From the NCBI GenBank assembly GCA_902550225.1, contig CACCYL010000003.1, positions 6,213 through 70,212 on the forward strand: a stretch of DNA of 64,000 bases. The letters are read 5' to 3'. Below are positions 1 to 11,023 of the stretch, one piece after another. The DNA comes from an uncultured Alphaproteobacteria bacterium (GTDB lineage Bacteria; Pseudomonadota; Alphaproteobacteria; Methylaequorales; Methylaequoraceae). A program made the position numbers and the translations under genes. Position 1 is the stretch's first letter. Each line of letters opens with the position of its first letter. The notes beneath the pieces were generated by a model. It was given only the letters and a program-made list of their open reading frames with translations, did not search any database and was not told the origin of the DNA.

Positions 1-688
1 AATCTGAAATTATATCACCTGAAACTGGCATTTTAATTCTTGATTTAATTTTTGATATAATTTTCCTTTTGGTTTCTGCAGATTTAACTAAGTCATTCAA
101 ATTTTTTGCTTTTTTTCTTAGATTTTTTGCTTTTTCTTCAAGTTTTTTATTAGTTTTCATTTTCTTTTGAACTTTAGCTACTTCTTCAATTTTCTTTTCA
201 AGCATTAACAATTTTTTTTTTAAATTTTTTTTTTTATTTTTATAATTTTCTAATTCTAAAGCCAACTCATTGTCTATTGACTTTAAATTTTCTAAGTTTA
301 AAAAGTAATCATTAATTCCAGTTTTTACTTTTTTTAAAAAAAATTCTCTTATTATCTGCTTTGTAATTAATTCCTGCGATGAATTATCAAGATCCCTAAC
401 AATTCTTGTAAATTGATTGGTGTAAAACTTGTCTTGCAGTAAAAAAATTATTCTCCTACCCAACAAATCCTTATTTTTTATATATCTGTTAATAATTATT
501 TTTTTTTGAGTATTTCTATCTAAATCAATTTTTATTTTTTTTAATTCTTTATTGTTTATCAAAATTTCGTTGTGAATTTTTACAGTTTGTTTTTTTAAAT
601 TGTTTAATTTAACTTTCAAATCTCTGTTATTAGCCAATGAGTTCGATAAATTCAAAGATACTAAAATTATTATAAAAATCTGCATCAT
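1..688 (-). CDS. EnvC-like murein hydrolase activator / M23 (LytM) family protein, N-terminal part; 3' end lies beyond the window edge
   Basis: Not in the ORF track because it runs off the edge. Manual minus-strand translation from the ATG at 686-688 gives MMQIFIIILVSLNLSNSLANNRDLKVKLNNLKKQ..., a signal peptide followed by a long K/E/L-rich coiled coil, and ends ...IKMPVSGDIISD at position 1. This is the pattern seen just before LytM domains. The ATG overlaps the gpmI stop (ATGA). Confidence 0.55.
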   Translation of the reverse strand, partial: MMQIFIIILVSLNLSNSLANNRDLKVKLNNLKKQTVKIHNEILINNKELKKIKIDLDRNTQKKIIINRYIKNKDLLGRRIIFLLQDKFYTNQFTRIVRDLDNSSQELITKQIIREFFLKKVKTGINDYFLNLENLKSIDNELALELENYKNKKKNLKKKLLMLEKKIEEVAKVQKKMKTNKKLEEKAKNLRKKAKNLNDLVKSAETKRKIISKIKSRIKMPVSGDIISD

Positions 689-2190
689 TTAATAAGTGAT
701 TTTCCTTTCATTACAATTGGAATTTCAAGGCCAAGAAGTGTTAATACTGTTGGAGCAATATCTGCAAGCTTACCAGTTTTAATTGAATAATTAATTTTCT
801 CACAAATAGTAAAGGGAACCATGTTTAGTGAATGAGTTGTACATGCTATATTTTTTTTCTCATCGAACATACTTTCAGCATTACCATGATCTGAAGTCAG
901 AATAAGTGAATATCCGTTTTTTTTACATTGTTCAAAAATCTTTCCAATGCATTCATCCACGGCTTCGATTGCTTTCACAGTTGCTTCAATATTGCCTGTG
1001 TGTCCAACCATATCTGGATTTGCAAAATTTGTGATGATCAAATCGTATTTTTCCTTTTTTAAATTTTTTATAATATGATCTCTTACCTCAAAAGCAGACA
1101 TTTCTGGTTTGATATCGTAAGTCTTTACTCTCGGAGAGGGAATCAAAATTCTGTCCTCGCCAGTAAATTTTTCCTCAATTCCGCCATTTAGAAAATATGT
1201 AACGTGCGCATATTTTTCTGTTTCAGCTACTCTTAACTGTTTTAGTCCAAAACAAGACACAACTTCGCCTAACGTTTTTTTGATTTGAATTGATTCAAAA
1301 ATTGGTTTAATTTTTTTTTTCAATCGTTTTGAATATTCGACCATACTTATTGGATTAAAAAATTTTGGTCTTTTGTTTCTCTTAAAATAACTAAAATCGT
1401 CATCAAATATTGATGATAAAATTTCTCTTACTCTATCGGCTCTATAATTTGTAATGAAAAATCCATCTCCATCTTTGGCTCCGTTATAACCATTGAAATT
1501 AGTTGGTTCAAAAAACTCGTCAGTGATGTGCTTTTCGTAACTTTCACTTATTGCGGATAAATACCTCCTTTTTTTTAGGCCTGAACCTTCTATAATAGCT
1601 TTGTAAGCTTTCTCAATTCTTTCCCATCTGTTATCCCTGTCCATAGCAAAAAATCGACCAGAAATACTTGCAATTTTTATATTTTTTCTTTTACCTATTT
1701 TTTTAATTAATACCCGTAAATTTTCTTTGCCCCCAACTGGGGAGCTATCTCTTCCATCTAAAATACAATGAATGAAAATATTTGGTTTATTTTTATTAAG
1801 AATTTCTATTAGTTCAAAAAGATGATCTTGATGCCCATGAACCCCTCCTTTTGAAATCAGACCAACAATGTGAATCCTTTTGCACTTTTCTAAAATATTT
1901 GTTACTAAAGATTTATTTTTTATTTCACCATTGCTGAATGATTTTGAAATCCTCATTACATCTTGGAGAATGATTCTTCCAGCTCCAATATTTGTGTGCC
2001 CAACTTCAGAATTTCCAAATTGACCAGCAGGTAGCCCCACATCATTTTCCGAAGCATTTAATTTTAAGTATCCGTATTTTTTAGTTAAATAATCAAAATT
2101 TTTTTTTTTTGCAAGAAAAATAGCGTTATGGGAATTATTCTTTCCTAACCCCCAACCATCTAAGATACAAAGTAGTACTTTTTTTCTCAT
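685..2190 (-). CDS. gpmI: 2,3-bisphosphoglycerate-independent phosphoglycerate mutase
   Basis: 501 aa. N-terminal LCILDGWG, GNSEVGHTNIGAGR, and C-terminal NFANPDMVGHTG ... TSDHGN metal-site motifs typical of iPGM. Confidence 0.95.
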   Translation of the reverse strand: MRKKVLLCILDGWGLGKNNSHNAIFLAKKKNFDYLTKKYGYLKLNASENDVGLPAGQFGNSEVGHTNIGAGRIILQDVMRISKSFSNGEIKNKSLVTNILEKCKRIHIVGLISKGGVHGHQDHLFELIEILNKNKPNIFIHCILDGRDSSPVGGKENLRVLIKKIGKRKNIKIASISGRFFAMDRDNRWERIEKAYKAIIEGSGLKKRRYLSAISESYEKHITDEFFEPTNFNGYNGAKDGDGFFITNYRADRVREILSSIFDDDFSYFKRNKRPKFFNPISMVEYSKRLKKKIKPIFESIQIKKTLGEVVSCFGLKQLRVAETEKYAHVTYFLNGGIEEKFTGEDRILIPSPRVKTYDIKPEMSAFEVRDHIIKNLKKEKYDLIITNFANPDMVGHTGNIEATVKAIEAVDECIGKIFEQCKKNGYSLILTSDHGNAESMFDEKKNIACTTHSLNMVPFTICEKINYSIKTGKLADIAPTVLTLLGLEIPIVMKGKSLIK

Positions 2191-2197
2191 TTTATAA

Positions 2198-2650
2198 CTA
2201 TTTGTGATATCGAGAATTTTTTATAATTTCTAAACCTCTATATATTTGTTCGATTAACATGACTCTAATAAGAAGATGGGGCCATGTTTGATTACCAAAT
2301 GAGATTGTCAAAAATGAATCTTTAAAAAAACTGTCAAGCCCTTCGTCGCTTCCAATTATAAAGTTTAACTTCTTACAACCTGAATTTATTTTATTGTTTA
2401 AAAGATCTGCAAACTCTAAACTCGAGAAATTTTCTCCACTTTTATCTAAAACAAAAACATTTTTGTGATCTTGATTTTTTAAGAACTTAAGAATTTCTAG
2501 TTTCTCTAACTCTTTTTTTTTGTTATTTTCATAGGTTTTTAATTCTATTAAAACTGTCTTGAACTTAATTCTTTTTTGGTAATATTCAAAGATACTCTTG
2601 AATTTCTGATTCACTTTAAATTTTCCTAAAGATAGAATTTTAATTATCAT
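2198..2650 (-). CDS. rlmH: 23S rRNA (pseudouridine1915-N3)-methyltransferase RlmH (SPOUT)
   Basis: 150 aa. Conserved position downstream of rsfS. C-terminal SFGNQTWPHLLIRVMLIEQIYR matches the RlmH SPOUT knot region. Confidence 0.9.
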   Translation of the reverse strand: MIIKILSLGKFKVNQKFKSIFEYYQKRIKFKTVLIELKTYENNKKKELEKLEILKFLKNQDHKNVFVLDKSGENFSSLEFADLLNNKINSGCKKLNFIIGSDEGLDSFFKDSFLTISFGNQTWPHLLIRVMLIEQIYRGLEIIKNSRYHK

Positions 2651-2652
2651 AT

Positions 2653-3009
2653 TTATCCAAATCCAAATTTTTCATCTTCTAAATCATTGTTTTTCCAAAT
2701 TTTTTCAAGTGAATAATGTTCCCTTATTTCTGGTTTAAAAACATTCAAAATAATATCGCCAAAATCCACTATTAACCAATCTGTAGAATTAATACCTTCG
2801 GTTGAAAGAATGTGAGTTTTATTTAATTTTACAATGTTAGAAACAATAGAATTTATATGCCTTGAAGATGTTCCACTCACAATAATCATATAATCTCCTA
2901 AGGCACTTCTATTTTTTATATTTATAATTTGAATATCTTTTGCCTTAGCATCTTCAAGATCTTTGACGATTTTATTGAGGAGGATGTCAACTTTTGCATT
3001 TGATTTCAT
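2653..3009 (-). CDS. rsfS: Ribosome silencing factor RsfS (iojap)
   Basis: Iojap-like core GDYMIIVSGTSSRHINSI ... DWLIVDFGDIILNVF. I place the start at the internal MKSNAKV ATG (3007-3009), which forms an ATGA overlap with the nadD stop. The longer ORF-track version would overlap nadD by 64 nt. Confidence 0.9.
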   Translation of the reverse strand: MKSNAKVDILLNKIVKDLEDAKAKDIQIINIKNRSALGDYMIIVSGTSSRHINSIVSNIVKLNKTHILSTEGINSTDWLIVDFGDIILNVFKPEIREHYSLEKIWKNNDLEDEKFGFG

Positions 3010-3575
3010 TTTGACTTTCTGATAAACGAGGATGATAAATGATTTTTTAAACCACTTATAAAAGTCCAACTTGGAGGTAAGATTGATCTTGACTTTGCCA
3101 AAAGAATATTTTTAATTCTTGCCTTCCTAAAAAAAAATAATGCTTTACATTTTGTTATATTAAAAGAGTAAAATGGTCTATCAAAAATTGCAATGGGAAT
3201 ATTATAAAATATTTTTTTCCATTCCTTCCATTCGTGAAGATTTTGTAGATTGTCAGTTCCCATAAGCCAAATAAACTTTTTATTCTTAAATTTATTTTTT
3301 ATATATAAAATTGTATCGATTGCATATATATTTTTATCTTCTCTAATCTTTAATATTTTAATTCTTCTAAATTTTATAAATTTTTTTACCTGCTGAAATC
3401 TGTAGTTGTAACTATTACTTTTTTTTTTTAGGGGATTTTTGTATGTAACTATCCACCAGACTTCTTGCAAGTTTAATCTCATCATTGCGTATTGGCTTAT
3501 AAACCTGTGTCCATTATGAGGAGGATCGAAGGATCCACCCAGAATTCCAATCATTTTCCTAGAAGATTTGTTCAA
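3006..3575 (-). CDS. nadD: Nicotinate-nucleotide adenylyltransferase
   Basis: GILGGSFDPPHNGH (H/TxGH nucleotidyltransferase motif). Conserved proA-nadD-rsfS order. Confidence 0.9.
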   Translation of the reverse strand: MNKSSRKMIGILGGSFDPPHNGHRFISQYAMMRLNLQEVWWIVTYKNPLKKKSNSYNYRFQQVKKFIKFRRIKILKIREDKNIYAIDTILYIKNKFKNKKFIWLMGTDNLQNLHEWKEWKKIFYNIPIAIFDRPFYSFNITKCKALFFFRKARIKNILLAKSRSILPPSWTFISGLKNHLSSSFIRKSK

Positions 3576-3576
3576 A

Positions 3577-4845
3577 TTATGGTCTTACTTGTCCTTTCCC
3601 TCTCACTTTATATTTAAAACTCGTAAGTTGAGCAACTCCTACCGGTCCCCTTGCATGTACTTTGGAAGTTGAAATTCCAATTTCCGCTCCCATTCCAAAT
3701 TCGCCACCATCTGCAAATTGTGTCGAAGTATTGTGCATTACAATTCCGCTGTCCACATTATTTAAAAAAAATTCCGTAACTTCCTCATCATTAGAAATAA
3801 TAGCGTCTGTGTGCCCAGATCCATAATGATTTATATGATCAACTGCTTCTTCTACTCCCTTTTTAACGGTTTTTATAGACACAATTTTATCCAAATATTC
3901 TGTTTTCCAATCTTTTTTTTCTGCTTTAATTACTATTGAGTTGCCTTCTTTTACAAATTTATCTCCCCTTACTTCACAACCCGAGTTCGACAAAGATTTA
4001 ATCAATTCTGGTAAATGAGTTTTCACCACCTCTTCATCACAAAGAATAGTTTCAGTTGCTCCACAAATTCCGGGTCTTCTCATTTTTGCATTTAATGTAA
4101 CGTTTTTACTTATTTCCTTGTCAGCAGATTTGTGAATATAGGTATGACAAATTCCGTCCAGATGTTTAAATACGTGAACTCTACTTTCATCCGATACTCT
4201 TTCAATTAGGGATCTTCCTCCTCTTGGGATAATAACGTCAACATATTTATCCATTTTAATTAAAGCTCCCACCGCCAATCTATCTTTTGTGGGTATATTC
4301 TGCAAAGTTCCTTCGGGAAGTTGAAATTTTCTAAGCGATTGATTGATTATCTCTACTATCTTTGATGAAGAATGATAACTTTCACTTCCCCCTCTCAAAA
4401 TTAGTGGGTTTCCAGACTTTAAACACAAGCCTGCTGCATCTGCAGCAACGTTGGGTCTTGATTCATAAATTACGCCTATTACACCCAATGGAATTGATAC
4501 TTTTTGTATTTTTAGGCCGTTTGGTCTTTTCCATTCTCCTAAAATTTTTCCGATTGGATCATCCAATTCTGAAATTTCAACCAAGCCTTTGCAAATACCA
4601 TCAATTCTATTTGAATCTAACATCAATCTATCGAGAAGTGACGAATTTAATTTTTTTTTATTTTCTTCGATATCTTTCAGGTTGTGCTCAATGATTAGTT
4701 TTTTATTTTTTTTTATATTGTCAGCTGCATCTAACAAAACATCATTCTTTTTTTTAGAGGAAAGTAAAGAAATCTTTAAGGAAGCTTCTTTGGCCTTAAT
4801 TCCAATTTTTAAAACTTCTTCTTCAATTTGTTTTTGTTTATTCAT
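3577..4845 (-). CDS. proA: Gamma-glutamyl phosphate reductase
   Basis: 422 aa aldehyde dehydrogenase-type protein with VIGVIYESRPNV and GATETIL motifs. Directly follows proB. Confidence 0.95.
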   Translation of the reverse strand: MNKQKQIEEEVLKIGIKAKEASLKISLLSSKKKNDVLLDAADNIKKNKKLIIEHNLKDIEENKKKLNSSLLDRLMLDSNRIDGICKGLVEISELDDPIGKILGEWKRPNGLKIQKVSIPLGVIGVIYESRPNVAADAAGLCLKSGNPLILRGGSESYHSSSKIVEIINQSLRKFQLPEGTLQNIPTKDRLAVGALIKMDKYVDVIIPRGGRSLIERVSDESRVHVFKHLDGICHTYIHKSADKEISKNVTLNAKMRRPGICGATETILCDEEVVKTHLPELIKSLSNSGCEVRGDKFVKEGNSIVIKAEKKDWKTEYLDKIVSIKTVKKGVEEAVDHINHYGSGHTDAIISNDEEVTEFFLNNVDSGIVMHNTSTQFADGGEFGMGAEIGISTSKVHARGPVGVAQLTSFKYKVRGKGQVRP

Positions 4846-5952
4846 TTAAAGTTAAATAATCTCTGTGAACTATTTCATTTCTTCCATCATAACCCAATGA
4901 TTTTTTTATTTCAGATGTTTTTTTGCCTAATAATTTGGAAAGCTCTGAAGAATCATAATAAGAAACGCCTTTTCCAATTTTTTTTCCATTTTGATTTTTA
5001 ATATTTATTATATCACCTTTAAAAAATTTTCCAGATATTTTTTGAATACCACTTGGCAAAATACTTGCACCTTTTAAAATTGCGTTAACAGCTCCATTAT
5101 CAAGAAAAATATCTCCTTTCACCTTAATAGTTCCAGCTAGCCATTTTTTAAAACCTTTATCATTATTTACTTTTCTTTTAAAAATTGTTCCAGTCTCTTT
5201 TTTTAAATATTCGCTGATTGGGTTTTTTTTTGTTCCTTTACAAATTATTGTATCGCAGCCAGATTCAGTAGCTATTTCCGCAGCCTCTATCTTCGTAAAC
5301 ATTCCACCAGTACCATGGTAATTTGTTTCCGCGCTTGCCATTTTAAATATTTCCTCATTAATTTTCTCAACTTCTTTTATAAGACTTGCACGCTTATTTT
5401 TTTTTGGATTTACAGTGAATAATCCGTCAACGTCGCTAAGAAGTATGAGAACATTTGCATCTATTATCTGTGAAACTCTGGCAGCAAGTCTATCATTGTC
5501 ACCAAACTTTAATTCATCTACTGCTACAGAATCATTTTCATTAACAATAGGAATTACGTTGCATCTTAACAATTCAAAAATAGTTTCTCTTGAGTTCAAA
5601 CTTTTTTTTCTGTCCTCAGTGTCAGAATAAGTGAGAAGAATCTGTGCAACAGTCAACTTTTTCTTTTCAAATGTTTTTTTAAAATTATTCATAAGAATTG
5701 CTTGTCCACAAGCTGCGCACGCTTGCTTTTCGTGAATTCGAAGCTTTTTTTTTTCTATATTCAAATAAATCTTACCCAATGAAACTGAACCGGACGCAAC
5801 GATCAAAATATCAATATTTTTTTTTCTGAGTAATATTACATCTTCTGTAAACGTATCCAACCATTTTGAATTAAATTTATTGTTTGAAAATAGTAAGGAC
5901 GATCCGATTTTTATCACAATTCTTTTTGCATTTAAGATTGATAAATTATTCA

Positions 5953-5953
<1 letters not shown>
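4838..5953 (-). CDS. proB: Glutamate 5-kinase (with C-terminal PUA domain)
   Basis: KRIVIKIGSS ... FGDNDRLAA ... GTGGM amino-acid-kinase motifs. The likely start is MNNLSIL (ATG 5951-5953), which overlaps the obg stop (TAATG). The ORF track extends it 18 nt further. Confidence 0.93.
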
Positions 5954-6951
<998 letters not shown>

Positions 6952-6957
6952 TTAAGT

Positions 6958-7215
6958 TTATTTTTTTTGATCTACGCTTACGAAAGATTTGTTTCCAGAT
7001 TTTTTCTTGAAAGAAACCACTCCTTCTTTGATAGCAAATATAGTGTGGTCTTTTCCAATAGAAACATTTTCTCCAGGATGGTATTTTGTTCCTCGTTGCC
7101 TGATTATAATATTACCGGGCACAACAACTTCCCCTCCAAACTTTTTAACACCCAACCTTCGTCCAGCGCTATCTCTTCCGTTTCTTGTGCTACCACCTGC
7201 TTTTTTATGAGCCAT
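6958..7215 (-). CDS. rpmA: 50S ribosomal protein L27
   Basis: [32 protein letters not shown] is near-universal L27 sequence. Confidence 0.97.
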   Translation of the reverse strand: MAHKKAGGSTRNGRDSAGRRLGVKKFGGEVVVPGNIIIRQRGTKYHPGENVSIGKDHTIFAIKEGVVSFKKKSGNKSFVSVDQKK

Positions 7216-7606
7216 TTGATTCTCCTTTAGTAGGTTTAACTTTATCTTGAGATGAGCTTAAATTTTTCTCGGATGAAGTAGGTTTATTTGCTATTTTTAT
7301 ATCTTTGATTTTTAATAATGTGAGATCTTGCCGATGACCAATCTTCCTTCTATAATTGTGTCTTCTTTTTTTTTTAAAGACAATAATTTTTTTTTCTCTT
7401 ATCTGCTCGATTACTTGGCAGATAATTTGAATTCCATTGATTAGTGGTGATCCAATTACGGTTTGACCACTATCATCTTTCATAAAAATCACTTTATCAA
7501 AAGTAACGGAGTCATTTTTTTTAAGTTCGCTGATCTTAGGAAGTTTTAAAAAATCTCCAATTTTAGCTTTGTATTGCTTACCCCTATTTTCAAATATAGC
7601 TATCAT
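7205..7606 (-). CDS. rplU: 50S ribosomal protein L21 (with a low-complexity C-terminal extension)
   Basis: [13 protein letters not shown]...[18 protein letters not shown]21 core, immediately upstream of rpmA. About 30 extra S/K-rich residues at the C-terminus. Confidence 0.93.
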   Translation of the reverse strand: MIAIFENRGKQYKAKIGDFLKLPKISELKKNDSVTFDKVIFMKDDSGQTVIGSPLINGIQIICQVIEQIREKKIIVFKKKRRHNYRRKIGHRQDLTLLKIKDIKIANKPTSSEKNLSSSQDKVKPTKGESNGS

Positions 7607-7740
7607 AACTTTATCTAATTCTCCAATTTTTACACTATACTTTATATTTGTTAAGAATTTTTTGTCAATTCATTACTTTAAGTAATTTTTGTTGTTAAAT
7701 TTATTTATTATGTTATTAAATTTACATATTGGTGATTCAT

Positions 7741-8916
7741 ATGAATGAAATAGTTATAACTACAGCTAAAAGGCTTCCCATTGGAAAATTCATGGGAAGT
7801 TTATCAAACTTTTCAGCCCCTCAGTTAGGAAGCTCGGTCATCGATTCAGTAATCTCGGAGTCAGGAATTTCAAAAGATCTCATAGATGAAATAATAATGG
7901 GACAAGTGTTAACTGGTGGGTCTGGACAGAACCCTGCAAGACAAGCATCCATGTTGTCTGACTTACCCGAAAAAGTAAGTGCTCTTACAGTAAACCAAGT
8001 CTGTGGATCTGGTCTGAGATCAGTTATGATAGCTTGCCAATCTATATTATCCGGTCAAAGTGAGATTGTGATTGCTGGAGGCCAAGAAAGCATGTCAAAT
8101 GCTCATCATACAATAAATATAAGAAATGGACTAAAAATGGGTGATGGTAAAATTAAAGATAGCATGATTGTTGACGGACTTTGGTGTGCTATGAATAATT
8201 ATCACATGGGAACTACTGCAGAAAATATTGCAGAGAAATTTAATATATCCAAAGAGGAACAGGATAAATTTGCAACAAACTCCCAAAACAAGGCTGAAAG
8301 TGCACAAAAAAATAATTTTTTTAAAAATGAAATAACTTCGATAACAATTTTAAAAAAAAAAGAAGAAATTTTATTTGAAACAGATGAATTTCCACGACAT
8401 GGAACTACTTTTGATAAATTAAGTTCTTTGAAACCTGTCTTTGACAAAAATGGCACTGTTACAGCAGGAAATGCATCTGGATTAAATGATGGAGCAGCAG
8501 CAGTGTTAGTTATGAAAAAAGAGAAAGCCAAAGAGTTAGGACTTAAACCGCTTGTAAGTATAGTATCATCTTCAACAATTGGAGTTGATCCTTCGATAAT
8601 GGGTATTGGCCCTGTTCCTGCTGTAAAAAAAGCTCTAGAAGAAGCTAAATGGACTGTTGAAGAACTTGACTTGATTGAGGCAAATGAAGCTTTTGCAGCC
8701 CAATCTTTAGCAGTTTCTAAAGAACTTGATTGGGATATGAATAAAGTTAATGTGAGTGGAGGAGCAATTGCACTAGGTCACCCAATAGGAGCATCAGGAA
8801 CTAGAATATTAGTCACTTTAATTCATGAACTAGGAAGACAAAATAAGAAAAAGGGAATTGCAACCTTGTGCATTGGCGGAGGTCAAGGAGTTGCAATGTG
8901 CGTTGAAAGAAAATAA
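7741..8916 (+). CDS. phaA: Acetyl-CoA C-acetyltransferase (thiolase II)
   Basis: VNQVCGSGLRS (active-site Cys), NEAFAAQ, GGAIALGHPIGASG and CIGGGQG thiolase signatures. Start taken at MNEIVIT (7741). Confidence 0.9.
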   Translation: MNEIVITTAKRLPIGKFMGSLSNFSAPQLGSSVIDSVISESGISKDLIDEIIMGQVLTGGSGQNPARQASMLSDLPEKVSALTVNQVCGSGLRSVMIACQSILSGQSEIVIAGGQESMSNAHHTINIRNGLKMGDGKIKDSMIVDGLWCAMNNYHMGTTAENIAEKFNISKEEQDKFATNSQNKAESAQKNNFFKNEITSITILKKKEEILFETDEFPRHGTTFDKLSSLKPVFDKNGTVTAGNASGLNDGAAAVLVMKKEKAKELGLKPLVSIVSSSTIGVDPSIMGIGPVPAVKKALEEAKWTVEELDLIEANEAFAAQSLAVSKELDWDMNKVNVSGGAIALGHPIGASGTRILVTLIHELGRQNKKKGIATLCIGGGQGVAMCVERK

Positions 8917-9638
8917 TGACAAAAATAGCAATTGTTACAGGAGGAACCAGAGGGATAGGTGCCTCAATTTCCAAAAAATTAAAGTCATCAAACTTTAAAG
9001 TCATTGCTAATTATACAAGTAATGACGATGCTGCGAAATCTTTTTCAAAAGAAAATAATATCGAAGTAATTAAGTGGGATGTTAGTAGTTATGAGGAATG
9101 CCAAAAATCCGTTAATAAAATCTATGAGGATAATAAGAATGTTGATATTCTTATAAATAATGCAGGAATTACCAGAGACGCGCCCCTTCATAAAATGAGT
9201 AGAGATAACTGGCAAAAAGTTATTGATGTTAACTTAAATTCAATCTTTAATATGACATCATTAGTAATTAATAAAATGAGAGAAAATAGCTTTGGAAGAA
9301 TAATTCATATTTCTTCTGTAAATGGACAAAAGGGGCAGTTTGGTCAAACCAATTATGCAGCAACAAAATCAGCCCTTATCGGTTTCTCAAAATCTTTAGC
9401 ACTTGAAAGTGCTAGTAAAGGTATCACTTCTAACGTAATCTGTCCTGGTTATATCAATACGGAAATGGTCGCGGCCATAAGAGAAGACATCTTAAAATCC
9501 ATTATCGAAACAATACCAAATAAGAGATTAGGTGAGGCCGATGAAGTAGCACAAATGGTAGGTTATCTTGTTTCAGATAAAGCCAGCTATGTAAATGGCT
9601 CTACCTTTTCAATAAATGGTGGCTTATGGATGGATTAA
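8916..9638 (+). CDS. phaB: Acetoacetyl-CoA reductase (SDR)
   Basis: TGGTRGIG, NNAGIT, YAATK SDR motifs. 240 aa. ATGA-coupled to the thiolase. Confidence 0.85.
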   Translation: MTKIAIVTGGTRGIGASISKKLKSSNFKVIANYTSNDDAAKSFSKENNIEVIKWDVSSYEECQKSVNKIYEDNKNVDILINNAGITRDAPLHKMSRDNWQKVIDVNLNSIFNMTSLVINKMRENSFGRIIHISSVNGQKGQFGQTNYAATKSALIGFSKSLALESASKGITSNVICPGYINTEMVAAIREDILKSIIETIPNKRLGEADEVAQMVGYLVSDKASYVNGSTFSINGGLWMD

Positions 9639-10399
9639 AAATTATCTTTCATTATCCTAATCTTTTTGAAATTTTCTGCATTTGAAATATTTTCAATTTT
9701 TATAGAATCTAAATACTCCTGGTTGTCAAATTTCATAAATGGATTTAGCTTTTTTTCTTCTCCCAGCGTCGCGGGAATTGTCGGTTTTGATTCCAACCTA
9801 TCTTTCTTAATATTTAATATTTTCTTTTTTAATAAGTTATCTCCTGGGTCGAGAAACTCTGCAAATCTTGCATTGGATTCCGTATACTCGTGTCCACAAA
9901 ATATTTTTGTACTATCAGGTAAAGAACGAATTTTCAAAATCGATTCTGTCATTTGTTTGTATGAACCTTCAAACAGTCTTCCACAACCTAGAGAAAAAAT
10001 TGTGTCTCCACAAAATAAAAAATTTTGATCCTTAAAATAAAAGCAAATATGCCCAATCGTATGGCCAGGCGTATCGATTACTTTAAATACGCTTTCACCC
10101 ATATTAAATTCCTCACTATTTTTAAGTTTTATGTCTATTCCTGGAATTCTATTTTGATCATCGTAACAACCAATAATTTTACAGTTATATATTTCTTTGA
10201 GTTCTTGATTTCCTCCAACATGATCTTGATGATGATGAGTATTTAAAATGAAGTTAAGATCCATTCCTCTATCTTGCAATACATTATCTATATCCTTTGC
10301 GACTGAAGGGTCGATACAGGCTGTAATATTAGTGTTCGTATCTACAATTATGTATGAGTAGTTATCTGACAATAACGGAATTTGAATTATTTCTATCAT
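9635..10399 (-). CDS. gloB: Hydroxyacylglutathione hydrolase (glyoxalase II)
   Basis: Metallo-beta-lactamase THHHQDHVGG, TPGHT and GHEYT motifs. 254 aa, with a C-terminal NPFMK region typical of GloB. Confidence 0.85.
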   Translation of the reverse strand: MIEIIQIPLLSDNYSYIIVDTNTNITACIDPSVAKDIDNVLQDRGMDLNFILNTHHHQDHVGGNQELKEIYNCKIIGCYDDQNRIPGIDIKLKNSEEFNMGESVFKVIDTPGHTIGHICFYFKDQNFLFCGDTIFSLGCGRLFEGSYKQMTESILKIRSLPDSTKIFCGHEYTESNARFAEFLDPGDNLLKKKILNIKKDRLESKPTIPATLGEEKKLNPFMKFDNQEYLDSIKIENISNAENFKKIRIMKDNF

Positions 10400-10411
10400 A
10401 TTTGATATCTA

Positions 10412-11023
10412 TCAATTTTTATTCTTTTTTGATACACAAAAAATTACTTGATACGCTAATAAATTTGAAAAGTAATTTTTCTTCATTTCAATTCCTTTTT
10501 CGCTAAGACACATAAATTTTTCTATTATTATATTATTGTTCTTACAAAATATTTGGAAATCCTTACATGAGCATAAATGTATATTAGGCGTATCAAACCA
10601 TTCATATGGAAGTATATCATTTTTTGGCATTTTTCCTTTAAACATTAAATCCTTCCGAACTTTCCAGTAACCAAAATTTGGGAATGAAATTATTGCTCGC
10701 CTTCCGATCCTTATTAAATTTTTTATAACTGTATCAGGAAAAATCATAGCTTGTATTGTTTGACTTAAAATTACCGTACTAAATGCATCATCAGGATAGT
10801 CATCTAAATCATAGTTAGCATCTCCTTGAATAACTGAAAGTCCTTTCTTTACACAATCATTCACTCCGGATTGACTTATCTCAATTCCTCTGCAGATAGC
10901 TTTTTTTGTTTTTAAAAGAAAATCTAAAAGATTCCCACTTCCACAACCCACGTCTAATATTTTTTCTTTATCATTTATCAACTTAGAAATTACGAATAGA
11001 TCTTTTCTTAAATTTTTTCTCAT
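10412..11023 (-). CDS. metW: Methionine biosynthesis protein MetW
   Basis: SAM-MTase fold (LDVGCGSG). About 200 aa and overlaps the metX stop, the classical metXW pair. Confidence 0.85.
   Translation of the reverse strand: MRKNLRKDLFVISKLINDKEKILDVGCGSGNLLDFLLKTKKAICRGIEISQSGVNDCVKKGLSVIQGDANYDLDDYPDDAFSTVILSQTIQAMIFPDTVIKNLIRIGRRAIISFPNFGYWKVRKDLMFKGKMPKNDILPYEWFDTPNIHLCSCKDFQIFCKNNNIIIEKFMCLSEKGIEMKKNYFSNLLAYQVIFCVSKKNKN

Noticed and set aside
3010-3069. Longer N-terminal versions of several ORF-track entries: rsfS to 3069, GtrA to 43212, HAD to 39454, GDPD-like to 42077, esterase from 28545, secreted protein from 54643, lysA to 18258
   Set aside because: The extensions overlap the upstream gene substantially and add residues with no family resemblance. 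In most of these cases an internal Met gives the ATGA/TAATG coupling or short overlap typical of this genome. For the secreted protein (54736) it simply removes the overlap and exposes a signal peptide.
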